DNA of 64,000 nucleotides from Neodothiora populina (taxonomy: Eukaryota): positions 682,001 through 746,000 of the forward strand of contig NW_027191405.1 of NCBI RefSeq assembly GCF_041146345.1, in the 5' to 3' direction. Within the stretch, counting starts at the first letter, position 1; every line of letters starts with the position of its first letter. Made by a program: the position numbers and the translations under genes. The notes under the pieces were generated by a model. The model saw only the letters and a program-made list of their open reading frames with translations, had not been told where the DNA came from and made no database searches. Shown here piece by piece: positions 36,348 through 48,604 of the stretch.

Positions 36348-37608
36348 GGGAGCTGCGTGGACTTTTCTGAGGTCGAGCGCTGGTTCTGGCCACCTGTGTA
36401 CTGGATCTGCTGGGTCCTGTCGTACTGGTTGTGCTTGAGCCAGGATCTCGCTTCGAGTCCAACCGAACATTGCTGGCAGCATCCCATGTATCTGGAGAAT
36501 GGGTGTCGCTCTTATTGCCTGTCGCTCCCGTGGCCATCCTTACGAAAATTGTAAGATCAAAAAAAGAAACCTGAAGTCCGAAGAGTACTGGAAGAACACC
36601 GCTCAAAAGGATATCCGGCCGCTGGAAGAGATGGCACGACGACAATCCGGAATAATCGACCTGGATCATTGGCCTTTGGTGCATGTAGACTCGTACAGGC
36701 GAATAAAGAAACCGGTCTACTGAAGGCATGAAGGAGGACCAGATGAGTCTCAGAAATGTATGCTTCCCGCGCCGTTACTGCGACTGGTGTTGCATTCAGC
36801 GGTTGACCAATGTGCGCGTGGGAGACTGTCTGTCGCAAGATGGACATGTATGCATGTTGAGCGGATCACCATGTCGCAAAGAACGCGCTTGAAAACATCA
36901 TACGTTGATGCGGCGTGGTGCACATTGTCAGAAGAACGACTGGTGGGCGGCGACAGAATCGCTGAAGGCTTATGGTATAGGCCATTTGCAAAACATTGGC
37001 GACGATGACAGCGGTGGCTACATCACTAACAGTAGTGGAGATGCTCTCGACGACAGACACAGCGACGACAACGACTCAAGATGGTGGCAGTGTCAGGAGC
37101 AGACGAACCATCACGACAACAGATGCATTGGGGACAGGAGGCGACTCATCATTACCACTGAGTTGGCTGCAGTAATCTCAAGGCCCCTTATCGCCAAGAG
37201 AACAAGCTGCCAGAAGTAAAGGTATATAAGTAATCAACTATGTTCAGGATCTTGTAATCGCGCGGCAACTGGTCAGCGTTTGCCATCTAAGGCGTCTAAT
37301 CCATTTGGCTCTACCACCAGGGGAGTTAGCGCGTCACCTCGTGAGTTGCCTATTACGGATCTCTCAGAGATCCCCCTGGTTCCTGGTTCAATTCCGTCTG
37401 GTGTTGATTCATGAGCCCCCCCCTCTTTTTTGTCATTTTGCGAGTCTCTCTATATTTGCTGCGTACAAACACATGTGCTCATTCTTTAGCATACATGGCT
37501 AGAGATAGTCACTCCATCAGGAATTATCCATCGTTCCACACCATCTTTCAAGAAGCGCTAGATCTTGTTTCGTCAACTTTGAGGAAAGACAAGTCTTAGG
37601 CCAGACAG

Positions 37609-38182
37609 CTATTCCTTTGCACCTTCAACTTTTGCACCCCATTTCTCCCGCCTCTCCTCAGCAAGAAAATCATCGAATGCCCCTGCGGCTCTCTCCCCAC
37701 TCGCCTGTCTGGCCTCGTTTCGCCACTTGAGCGTATTGCGGCCTTCGATTAGGTCCGTCTGCCATTCATGTAGGAAATGCTTGATGTAGGGTGCGTATTC
37801 ATTTCTCAAAGGATGGACTCTGTGGTCCAATGGTGCAGCACGAGTGTCTTGAGGTTGCGGAAGCATACTGTACAGGGCACGCTGCTTATCCTCTGGTAAA
37901 GTAGACCATGCTTCTTCATTTGAGAGGAGTCTCTTGTGTTGATTGTTAGGTTTGCCAGAACAGGAAAGCTTGAGCTACACATTCAGTGCTTAGTACTTAC
38001 TATCACATCTGCTTTGGCAAGCCTTGAATTTGGCTGCGTGAGCAGTCGCGTGTTTCGGTTCATCCTAAGGTCAGAATGTAGAATATTGATGTTATTTGGT
38101 AGTGTGATCGTAGTATATCATGCATATAGTTGTTTTACTGGTCGGCATAAGCTTCGCGCGGGCGCCCGCCGACTATCATCAT
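37609..38182 (-). CDS. Small stand-alone ASX-homology (DEUBAD/ASXH) domain protein; first exon uncertain (alternative start 38063)
   Basis: Spliced product RLLTQPNSRLAKADVI|RLLSNEEAWSTLPEDKQRALYSMLP...FLHEWQTDLIEGR...WRNEARQASGERAAGAFDDF. Confidence 0.7.
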
Positions 38183-38726
38183 ATATATAGGTATTCAAAG
38201 TGCTGCGACTACAGGACAAGATAATTGTTATCTCTTTTCCCTGCTATTTGGCAATGATGATACAAGAACAGGATAAGCAATACCTAGCCGATATACTCCC
38301 ACATTGGCTCATGAGAATTGGCCTTTAGTATCTCCAAAATCATACCACACGATGTTTATGTGAGTTGAGGTACTGTAAGGAAGATTTAAGACATGATTAC
38401 TTGGCCCAAGCGTAGGCATTCTACAGCAGGCAAGCGCGTCTTCCCCCAAAGCACTTCCGCGACACGCATATTGCAGCAAATGCACAGCAATATAAGTGGT
38501 GTGCTTCCGACTTTCACTTGTACATCTCGGCCAATCAGAGTGAAGGATGTCTGCAGAGACTCGACTTCACTCCACTTGTACTCCCAATGCAATCTTCGAG
38601 ACTGATTTAAACATGTGGTGTTGTAATCCCACTCACTCGTGTTGTCCGAACTTTTTTGTCTTTGCCCTTGCAGTCTAATCATACGCTGATGGGGAATCTC
38701 GTGTCTTCGAGCATAGTCCAGAGAAA

Positions 38727-41700
38727 ATGTCTAGGCGCGGGGATGTGATGACCATCTCCTCTGACTCTGATGACTCCGAACCTCAAAAGTCGTATAGTCG
38801 TCTCGGCAGCCTCTTTGCCTCTTCTGCGGAACCAAGATCTCAGAGACCGGCATGGGTGAGTCCTCGTGCGGCTCACATCAAGCAACCCACAGCAAATTCG
38901 AATGCGCGCTACACCACACTTGTTACTGGAAACAGAAGTGATGACTCGGACGTGGAGGAAGTTGCGCCGACAGCATTCAATTTCAGGAAAAGCAGGGACG
39001 ACCACGAGGGTCATGGCATTGGCGCAAAGGGGACACAGCCCAGTAGCACTCTCAGATCCGCCGCGCCGCTGGACAGACGCGACGGCACTTTAGTCTCGAA
39101 TAACGGAGCGGACCTGAATGGTCGTGTGAACCCGAGTGTATCACAGGTTTCCCATACTACAGATACTACTGGACCTCTGTTGCATGTATCCACCCAAGCA
39201 GTGATCAGTGGCGCCGTTCCGACCATGCCTTCCGAGCAAGTTACAGTCAAAAGTGTTCAGAAAGCAAGGCGGACAGGACCTTCTAGTAGACCTCAATACC
39301 GTTCCCCTTATGATCCTCATACAAAGACTCCGAGAAGGACTTCCCAAGCAGTGGCTACAGCCGAAAGCGAGAGTGCAGTGGCAGGTCCCTCTCTACGACA
39401 AGATTTGAAGACGATTCTACCCTCTGGTCCTCCGGTGGTTTCCCATCAAAATTCATCGATTGCGCCTCAACAATCCGTAGCGAAACGCAGAGCAAGCCCA
39501 GATGAAACGCTTGCCGCGCCAGCTGACAACACGAAGCGTGTCAGACTTTCTACGGACGCGAGCCACTCGGATGCACTCGTTCACTCGCCAACACTGTCGC
39601 TGGATCAACACAGCAAGGATATCTCCGTACCTAGCACAGCCTTGAAAACAGAAAAACCGCACCTTCACCATGACCCGAGTCCTGGTGACAAGTTTCCGTC
39701 TCTTGCTGCCCTCTTGCAGCGACTACATCCTGGCGCTTCCCAACCAGAGTCTGCTAAGGTTGAGCAAGCTCCTATGACATCTCTTCTCGAAGGAGTTCCA
39801 AAGGCCATCTCATCAGAGAAGAAAATACCCAGCACAATGTCACAGGAGCAGGCTCCGCCGGTTGTACAGTCCATCGAGTCTGCTTCTCTACCAGCGCCCA
39901 CTAAAGTAAGTGTCACGCCAAAGCTTTCAGAGGATCGTGAGATCACAGGAAACTTGATCAATGAACACAGTGTCTCGGAGGGCGATTCTCTAGAACCATC
40001 GGCCCCAAGCGTGACAGGGAATTCACTTCCACTTCCTGAAGTTCAGCTACGCCCAAGGCCACCTGTAATTAAGGGACAACTTTACACTGAGGACGATGAT
40101 AAGCTCCTACTCCACTTGAAGGAGGTGTTGCACTTGCCGTGGCAACGTGTGGCGACGTATTTTCCTGGTCGGCAGGGTGCTTCACTGGCTGTAAGATATT
40201 CGACGAAGCTGAAAGACCGCTCAGCTGGAGCACCCGCAAGCACAGGCACTGTGCCCGAATCAGGCGACATGCAGTCCACACGCCGTGGCAGACCACGGAG
40301 ATCCGTCATGATTGATATGTCTACTGAGTCGGTTGATCTGACAGACACGGATACAGCAACAGAGCCCCAAGGTGAAATACATCGAAGGATAACCCGACGG
40401 TCACATTTAGGTCCTTCCTCATTACTTAGAGCTAGTGCTGATGTGTTGCCGACACCTCGACCTACCTTTCACACTAGCGAGATGAAACGGGTCCTCGGAC
40501 GGCTTCGCCAGCAAGTGTCGAAATTCTCGTGCGATCGCAGCCTACGAGACAGAGAGCTTGGCCTTACAAGCTACCGCACGCACCCTCATATGTTGCACTC
40601 TTGTCTCAGAGATTATGCATACGCCACGCTTAGTCCCATAATGTACATAGAAGACACATCTGGAGATGTCGCTACCGCAGCTTGGTCGCCGAACGGCCGA
40701 CACTTTGCTGCAGGTTGTGTAGCTACCTCGGATGTCGATTCCATGCAATACAACAAAAGAGGGAATCTCCTGATCGGTGATGCATCCAGGAGGCTTGCCA
40801 AAGAGCTGCCTTATCATCAAGTGTCTCGCCCTATCGTCAACCAAGGCGTCAACGCGACTGAGGAGATGCGAGCGACCCAAGACAAATGCGTATACACGAC
40901 GGTCCAGTCTGTTGCCTTCTCGCCGAGCGCCCGTCGTATGTTTTCTGTGTCGATTGACGGTACAATGAAAGTCTACAAAGTCACTAGAAGCGACGTTCTC
41001 AGAACAGAATTGACCGATACTTCGATACATGATGGGCCTGTAGACCTCCTTTCAGTCAGTCCCAACGGACATGTAGCTACCGGGTGCAGAGTCTCAGGCT
41101 TGAATAACATCATGTTGTTCAGAAAGGGTGGCGAAAAGATCGGTTTCTCCGCAAGCAAGATCACAAGCGCCATGAAAAAATACCCATCTGCGCTACGGTT
41201 TGGGACACATCCTTCACATGATCGGTATCTACTTGCCGGCTTTGCGTGTGAAGCTGAGAGAGTCTACGAAGAGGATGAGATTCACGACAAGGGTGGTGAG
41301 ACGTGTCTGTGGGACATCGAGACGCAAAAGTCAATTGAGCTAGGTGCGACTAATCGCAATGTTTTCGATCTGACATGGAACCCGAACCCAAGTGTTGGCT
41401 CTACTGCGTTTGCTGTCGCCAGCGGAGTATCAGGACGAGTCAACAGGGGAATGCATTCCGTGGTCCGCCTCTACAGCCCCAGCCAGAGCCGAGCTAGAGC
41501 CGGTGTAGAGCTTGAATGCCCAGCTTGGGATATCAACGACGTTGTCTACTCCCCTTACGATGATAATATCATCGCAGCGGGCAGCACTGATGGCAAAGTG
41601 TATATATGGGACACCAGACAAGTGAGGGATTACCAAGGCCCTATGCAAATTCTGGAACACGGGATTCCGCTTAGCGTACTTCCGCATGAAAAGCCACGCT

Positions 41701-42773
41701 GGGAGACAGACACGGGTATTCGATTTCTGTCTTGGGGCGCGGACCATAACCGTCTGTACTCTGGCTCCTCTGACGGCATTGTCAAGTGCTGGGATCCATA
41801 CAGAGCCGACGAGGACAGACATGTTCGAGATGTTGCCTACTTCGATTCTGCTGTCATGTCAGGTGCTTTTAGCCCGGACTACGACAACCTTTTGATTGGT
41901 GAAGACAGGTGTCGCTTGAACGTTCTCTCCGTGGGTCAGGAGAAGGGAATCCCACAGCGAATCACTGTACGCAAGTCTCCAGCCAAATCGAAGTCAAAAT
42001 CAGAATCCGCGAATGCACCTGCAGCCCACATGAATTCACACGAGCTTGTGCAATCAGGCCAAATTATGTTCATGCCCATGGGCGCTTTCCCAGGCAAGAA
42101 AGCAGCAGTACAAGGACCAAACTTCAGAGGTCCCTACAATAACGATCTGGACGCGTCTGAGCTCCGCCAGCAAGCCGCCCAATTCCAAGAAAGTCTTATA
42201 CTCGAACCACTTGCCACGAAATCCTCATCCGAAGATGGATCGCCCAAACAGTTACGACCGGACGAAGTAGATGCTGCGATCGCCGCCGTCGACAAGCTTG
42301 GACGATTCACCGACCGTATGCCGGACGCCTTGCGCAAAGATGAACCACTGTCACCAACGACGGCTCAGAGACGCGGTCTTGTCGTGAAATGCGCCACTTG
42401 TGGCAGTCCTGCGCGCAATGTCGAAGAAGTGGCCGGCGACAGGGAGTATCGTGCGCTGTGCGAGAAGTGCTCTTTCGCTTGCTTCAGATGCTCGAAACCT
42501 ATGCATATCTCCAGAAGAATGCACGCCGTCGAGTGCGAAAGTTGCAGAATTAGTTGGAGGATGAATGTTTTAGGGTATGAAATGATAGACGAAGGAAACA
42601 AGCCAGTCGAAGGCTCTTACAGAGCATTCCCCAGCACCAAGGTGGAGGAGGGTGTAACGGAGATAGAGCCTGAGGTGTGGGACATGGGCGAGGAAGAAAC
42701 CACACGTCAATTCCAAGCTGCAGACTTGGTGAAGATCGAGTCGTTGAAAGTCAAGCAACGCGAAGGGGAGTAA
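38727..42773 (+). CDS. WD40 DCAF, Raf1/Dos1/DIM-9-like, with Myb/SANT-like repeat and C-terminal Cys cluster
   Basis: 1348-aa ORF. Myb-like YTEDDDKLLLHLKE..LPWQRVATYFPGR; SGDVATAAWSPNG...SMQYNKRGNLLIGD; WDxR motif VYIWDTR; CxxC motifs CATC, CEKC, CFRC and CESC. Confidence 0.7.
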   Translation: MSRRGDVMTISSDSDDSEPQKSYSRLGSLFASSAEPRSQRPAWVSPRAAHIKQPTANSNARYTTLVTGNRSDDSDVEEVAPTAFNFRKSRDDHEGHGIGAKGTQPSSTLRSAAPLDRRDGTLVSNNGADLNGRVNPSVSQVSHTTDTTGPLLHVSTQAVISGAVPTMPSEQVTVKSVQKARRTGPSSRPQYRSPYDPHTKTPRRTSQAVATAESESAVAGPSLRQDLKTILPSGPPVVSHQNSSIAPQQSVAKRRASPDETLAAPADNTKRVRLSTDASHSDALVHSPTLSLDQHSKDISVPSTALKTEKPHLHHDPSPGDKFPSLAALLQRLHPGASQPESAKVEQAPMTSLLEGVPKAISSEKKIPSTMSQEQAPPVVQSIESASLPAPTKVSVTPKLSEDREITGNLINEHSVSEGDSLEPSAPSVTGNSLPLPEVQLRPRPPVIKGQLYTEDDDKLLLHLKEVLHLPWQRVATYFPGRQGASLAVRYSTKLKDRSAGAPASTGTVPESGDMQSTRRGRPRRSVMIDMSTESVDLTDTDTATEPQGEIHRRITRRSHLGPSSLLRASADVLPTPRPTFHTSEMKRVLGRLRQQVSKFSCDRSLRDRELGLTSYRTHPHMLHSCLRDYAYATLSPIMYIEDTSGDVATAAWSPNGRHFAAGCVATSDVDSMQYNKRGNLLIGDASRRLAKELPYHQVSRPIVNQGVNATEEMRATQDKCVYTTVQSVAFSPSARRMFSVSIDGTMKVYKVTRSDVLRTELTDTSIHDGPVDLLSVSPNGHVATGCRVSGLNNIMLFRKGGEKIGFSASKITSAMKKYPSALRFGTHPSHDRYLLAGFACEAERVYEEDEIHDKGGETCLWDIETQKSIELGATNRNVFDLTWNPNPSVGSTAFAVASGVSGRVNRGMHSVVRLYSPSQSRARAGVELECPAWDINDVVYSPYDDNIIAAGSTDGKVYIWDTRQVRDYQGPMQILEHGIPLSVLPHEKPRWETDTGIRFLSWGADHNRLYSGSSDGIVKCWDPYRADEDRHVRDVAYFDSAVMSGAFSPDYDNLLIGEDRCRLNVLSVGQEKGIPQRITVRKSPAKSKSKSESANAPAAHMNSHELVQSGQIMFMPMGAFPGKKAAVQGPNFRGPYNNDLDASELRQQAAQFQESLILEPLATKSSSEDGSPKQLRPDEVDAAIAAVDKLGRFTDRMPDALRKDEPLSPTTAQRRGLVVKCATCGSPARNVEEVAGDREYRALCEKCSFACFRCSKPMHISRRMHAVECESCRISWRMNVLGYEMIDEGNKPVEGSYRAFPSTKVEEGVTEIEPEVWDMGEEETTRQFQAADLVKIESLKVKQREGE

Positions 42774-43099
42774 AATGTTCTTCCGATTCAAGTAATGCAT
42801 GTCATAATTCAGATCTCCAATGATGAAGTGGAAGAGTGCAGGTTTCTGGTAGACCTGTCGACTCAGCCACCTAAAGCACCTCTGTAAACGTAGTCAAAGG
42901 GCCTCAAAAACACTTCTTACAGATACAAATCGAAAATTCGTGACTAAGATTATGGATTCATTTTTATGTTGCGGTCCCTGCCAGACATGATTTTCGATCC
43001 TAATGAATCAAGGGCAACAATGGCGACACTTCTGAGACCAGCATCATGCGCACTAGTAGCTTTCAAACAGGTATCCTACTCAGGCCAAGGTACACAAGA

Positions 43100-45408
43100 T
43101 CAATAAATCGTCAAGCCCACAAAATCAGCTCCAAAAGACTGCACGCCCTCATCTCCCCCGACATTACTAATGACTATCTCATCGTATCCTCCCTCATCAT
43201 CTTCGCTTTCATCGCCATCATGATCTGTCCCCCAACCCCCGATCAAAATCCCCAACTCGGCACCATCCCCCCACCCGCGCATCTCCGAGAAGAGCTCACT
43301 GCTGCGTCCGCTCAGGGGCACTTCCAGCCGTTTCGTGTCCGTCTCAGCGGAAGAATCAGAAGAATTAGAAGAGCCGGAGAAAGAAGTGACGGAGACGGTG
43401 ATATTCCGCGCATTGCGGCCGTCCGTCCACGCTGAGTCGAGCGCGACTTCGTTGTTGATGTAGATCAGAGAGACGTATCTCTGTTTCGTCTGCAGACTCG
43501 TCCCGGGACTTCTGTCTCCGTCATTGCTCGACTGCGAGGGCGCGTGAGGGATGCGTAGACTTGCGGAGCCCGAGGGGGTTATGTTCCCTATTTTGGCGCC
43601 GACGGGCGCGCAGAGATTGCTTGTGCAGTTTACGTGTTGCGCGCTGCCGGAGGTGACGAATGAAGTGCTTGGGTGGAAAGTCCCGTTCGGAGAGGAGATT
43701 GTGAGGGAGATTGGGGTAGGTTGGTCGGATGAGCGGGTGAGGGTTATGCTGTTGTTGTTTGCTGCGAGCAGGGATATGGGGATTGTAAGGGATGTGGCAT
43801 GGGCTGGGAGAATGTGTCTTGCTTTTTGTTGGGATGCTGATGTTGAGATCTTGATGGTCGTTTCGCTGGCTGAGGATGTTGCGAAGTTGATGGTCATAGA
43901 GTAGGTGGTACTGTCCGTGAAGCCGTACACTTTGTTAATGGTGAATGTCCTGTACATATGCAAGTCAGTCTTCGCTGTTCATGACACAGTCTAAATATGC
44001 GGGGACCAGTCACTTACGAGTTACCGTTACTTGCTTCATCAATCGCATAGAAACCTGCTGGAGACGTGTCGCCCAGCTCTAGCAGTAGCGTACCATGAGG
44101 CGGAACAGTCTGGCTGTATGAGGTCTGTACATTACGAGTCGTAACATTGTTCCAGATATCCTTGACATATCCTGCGCTCTGCAGACCCACATCAGGAAGA
44201 TCAAGCGTAGCATTCAGAGTTGTTTCATTCCAGTTCACAAGAGCAACGATGGTGCGATCACCACTTGCATGACCTGACCAGATGTCATAGCCTTCTTCTG
44301 TCCATCTACGTGTGAGATTGGCCGACACACCAAGACTGTCTTGGTTGAAAGCAATGACATCCTCGTTCTTGAGTATCGCTAGAGATTCAGGACTGATACT
44401 TGTCAGAGTGTCATTCAGCGCTGCGCCAATGACCAATGGACTCTTCAATATCGCCCAGAGAGAAAAGTGCGTTTGTTCTTCAGGGATGGTGAAGAGGTTG
44501 TTCCCTACCTCGAGCATATCCAGATCGAGCCATTGGTGAGGACCAGCGTAGGAAGTCTGAGGGACAACTTGATTAACAATCCGATAGATTGTTTTCCACT
44601 GTGGGATTATGTCGTTTGTCACACGCCATGTGTTACCTAGAGCTGGTGCCCACGCCGAAGGGAAATCCACTCCCCAGTCGCATATCTGGTAAACAACGGA
44701 GCGGTTGGTTGCGATCAGAGCATTATGCATTGCGACATAATGCGACTGGGGTGATTCGGATGGCTCGTAGCTTGTGTTGGGGAAGTCAAGGTCTGCATCC
44801 GAGTAGCAATTGTCGTCTATACCTTCGTCAGGTGACTGGTTGGATATGATCAGGAAGACAAGACTCACACTTCAGCAGATCAGCTCCCCAGCTGGCAAAA
44901 GTAGCTGCGTCCAATTGTTCGTGGTCTTGTGTTGATCAGCTTGGATCTCTCATGGCAGGCCAATAGTGATTCAGATCTCACATAAACTTCCGGTCTGATT
45001 GACACCGCCAGTCATACACATCTGCACACCACCGTCCGAGTAGACTCCGAAATGAAGACCAATACCATGTATGAATTCACCCAATGCCGGGAATCCGCTC
45101 GGAAACAACGTCTCATTCCATGTCAGAGTACCGTCAGGAGCTCTCTGTGGTAGAGTCCACCCGCAATCAGTGGTCACATAATCGTAGCCTAAGTCTGCAA
45201 GACCAAGCTCCACAAGAGCCTGAGCATTGGATGTGATGATTGACTCATTAGGGGAACAGCTGTAGTGATTGTAGGAATTCCAGCCCATAGGCGGAGTCTG
45301 AGCTAGACCATTATCCCATCGACGTTCGAGTCTTGAGGTATGTTTGCTGGAGGAGAGCGAGAGAGCAGAGCCTAAGGGACCGCCGAGCAGGAGAGCGAGT
45401 GAGATCAT
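43100..45408 (-). CDS. Secreted GH27 alpha-galactosidase with C-terminal CBM35-like region (4 exons)
   Basis: Signal peptide, NGLAQTPPMGWNSYN, TDCGW, spliced LLK|YDNC nucleophile motif, WRVTND, and WLDLDMLEVGN. Confidence 0.9.
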
Positions 45409-46396
45409 TGTAGATAGGCGGTTGACATACAATGCCGTGAATAGAGATTGAGACGATCATACATGTTTGCGTACCTTGAGTTCACTATATGCCATCTGTT
45501 CTCGATCTACTATACTTACTGCGTCAAGCGAAGATAGTCACTAGGGTGCCTGCCTATCCATCGGAGTAAACAACATATACCCCTCACATGCTAGGGGGAC
45601 ATTAGGGCGAGTGTGATATGCACTTTGATACGCGCGAGATTACTTGCTCTTCGCATTCCCCCGCATAGGTCCTTCCGACACTGGTCAAGTAAGACTGAGT
45701 AGGCGAGATGTGACCCCTCACCTAGGTGTTGCAGTGCGATTCTGCTGTAGCCAAGCGGTTGCAGATCGCAGATGTAGGTCTCCAGGATTCACTTCCGATG
45801 GTTAATTATGAACTATCTGCGAGTAAGTCGGCTAATAAAGCCCTCTCGCCCTCTCGGTATAAATCCGGCGGGGACATGTCTATCTAGCAACATTCAATAG
45901 AACATGTGGGTATACATATGTGGGACTATGCAAGAATCAATCATACAGCGAAGGAGGCTGATCATGTCTTGAGAATCTGAGCATTTGCGTTGTTGACCGG
46001 CTTCATGGCCAAGGATTGCAGGTCAGCCTTTGTTTTGAAAAACGACTGATGCGAGAGCACGAAAATAGAGTTACGATTATATGAACAGAAGTCGTGCTGC
46101 AGACGTGGTTGCTTGTTCGAAACTCTTATGCTAGATGATGTCAAGTAAATACAATGGATATCAGTAATATTTCACCCTAGTATATAAGTAGGAAGAGTAA
46201 GAATAGAACAATGACCCCCTAGTCCATCAAGTATCAATGCTCATGCCAATGCCAATGTTACCGTATGCAATGGAAAAGGGGACGACCCTATCATGCCTTG
46301 TGTCGTCGTACCCAGCAAATAATTTTCCAGCAAACGCCTATCCATGCAAGAGATCCACAACGCCAATATATGGAAATGGGTGTCACGAGGCTTCTC

Positions 46397-48604
46397 TCAA
46401 GAGACAACTTCTCGCTTGAGCTTCGTCTTCAGATTAGACATGTCCCCTTCCGCCTTCCGCTTTCCGAGTATTGACATCTCAGGTGTCGCACTTCTCGCTC
46501 TATCTTGACCTAACACGAAACCTGTAGGCCCGGCACTAGCTTTGCTGACTTCGTCATGGCAACTGGCGTGATAGATCCGGCCGCCGGCTCTAGTAGCGTC
46601 CATCCACACCCATTCCTGCGCTTCCTCGTGCCAGACAGTCTCGAATTTCTCTTGACAAATGGGGCAGGCGGCGTTCTGCACTGCGGCGGCACCAGTAGGT
46701 GCGGGAATGTAGTTGTCCTTGATGTTTTTCTTCTTGGCATCCTTTGCAGGACTTGTAGAACTGGTAGAATCATCGACGGGTGCGGAGCTCGTGTCGATAT
46801 CACGCAACTGTATCCACTCCATCTCGTCCAGATACCAGCTGCGGTTCTGGCCTTTGTGGACTGCCTCTGCAATGCGCTGATTCGTTCGGAAGTGCCAATC
46901 CAAGTGACGAGCTTTCTTTGCACGACCTTCCTCCGTAGCTTGGAAACGTCGACCGCAAGTGGTGCATTGATTCGGCTGAGCTTCATAGAGGCTGTGGACA
47001 AGCTCCGGTCGAAAAGTTTTCAGATTCGGTGCGGAGAGTGATATGTAAGGTGTTCCACGAGTCTGGGCTGGGGCATTCGGGTTCTTGCCGATCAATCCTT
47101 GGAGCTGTTGTAGAAGAGAAGGTGTTGGCACTACCTGTGGTGGTGGCGGTGGTGGCGGAAGGGGTGCTTGTGCCGGAGCACCCGTGCCTTGTACCAGTCC
47201 GGCTGCACGAAGAGCGTCCATCAGGGCATTGCCAGACGGTGCTGGTGCAGATGTAGCCGCGGCAGGCCGAGGAGATGGGTTCGCAACCGGTAATGTTAGA
47301 TTCGCAAGGTTAGGGATTGCATTCGGCAAAGTTGGGGTTACCGTGTGCTGAGGTTGAGCAGTAGACTTTAAAAGTTGCTCCAGCGCTCCTGGTGCGAAGT
47401 ATGGTAGTGCGGGTGCTGGGGGTTGCGTTGAAGAGGGTCGAGCGAACCCTTGGGGGAGCTGTGATGGAGGCTGGAAAGGCGCAGGGTTTAACGGTGTCGG
47501 TGGTTGCCACTGGGACGATGTCTGAGGCGGGGCAGCAGAGGGAGTGCCCGCAGCAGACGCTGTTTGTGATTGAGCTGCTTGGAGTGCACCCACTTGAGCC
47601 TTGATGGCGTTTATAGCCTGTGGCGGAAGTGTCTGCGTGTTCACGACCGTCTGGAGATCTAGCAGAGCCTTCAATTTGGACTGCACGGTCGTGTCAAATG
47701 GACTTCGAGCGAACTCGGTGCGAAACGAGGCAATCAAGCCCTCTATGTCGCCCTTGAGCTTTTGTAGCTCCTGTGTAGGACCATTCAAAAGAGCAGACAA
47801 GGATCGAACAGTATCCGTGGGTAGAACCGGGGGAAACGGTGGCTGTGGTGTTGGCTGGGAGAGGTCAGCGAGATTGCTTAGCAAGTTTCGTTCATAAGCA
47901 CCAACATTTTGGCTAGTATAGCCATTCTGGTATGGCACTTGTCCAGGCAATGCAAATTGAGAATCATGCTGGGGCGGCGTCGGAGTATTTCTGAAAGCAT
48001 TTGATATCGGTCTTTGAGGAAGACCAAGTGGCGGTCTCTGATTACGGGAATGCTGTTGCTGTTGTTGCACAGCGACAGTCCGAAACTTGATGAGAGCATT
48101 TTCAATAGGCCTAGTGGTATCAGGAAGAAAAACAGGGGTAGGATCCGAAGAACCAGGCACAGGCTCCTTCCAAGTCTTCAACATGGCATCCATTGCTTTT
48201 CTAACATCATTTCCTACAAGAGTATACGCATCCATGAAGGTAGAGAAGAGGTTTCTACTAAGATAGATTGTGTACGGAGAACCAACATTCTTGACGATAG
48301 AGTCGAGCACGTATAGTGCAGGAAGTTTCCGGGTCGGTGCGGTCTGGATCAGGTGTCAGTTCTTCGAACATGTGTGCCAGCATAGAGAAAATGAAGAATG
48401 TTGTCAGAGGAGCAATAGTAATCATGTCATTCATACCGTTCTGATGTGCTTCTCCAAGACCTGCGAGATGGCCTGCGCATGCTCTGTGTTCTCCTTGGCA
48501 ATGATTGTCAGGTTGCTGATTTCATAACGATTGTTATTCTGGAGATCTTGCAACGAGTCTTGGAAATCCAAGGCCACTTCATCCGAGGGCAAAGCAGCGG
48601 ACAT
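46397..48604 (-). CDS. PCF11: mRNA cleavage factor Pcf11
   Basis: CID domain (ISNLTIIAKEN..., KLPALYVLDSIVKNVG). Zinc fingers QCTTCGRRF...HLDWHF...RSWY and CPICQEKF...W...YHASC. Confidence 0.93.

Noticed and set aside
36499..37219. Small ORFs between NCE101 and the ASXH gene
   Set aside because: No motif, codon bias or splice structure supports them.
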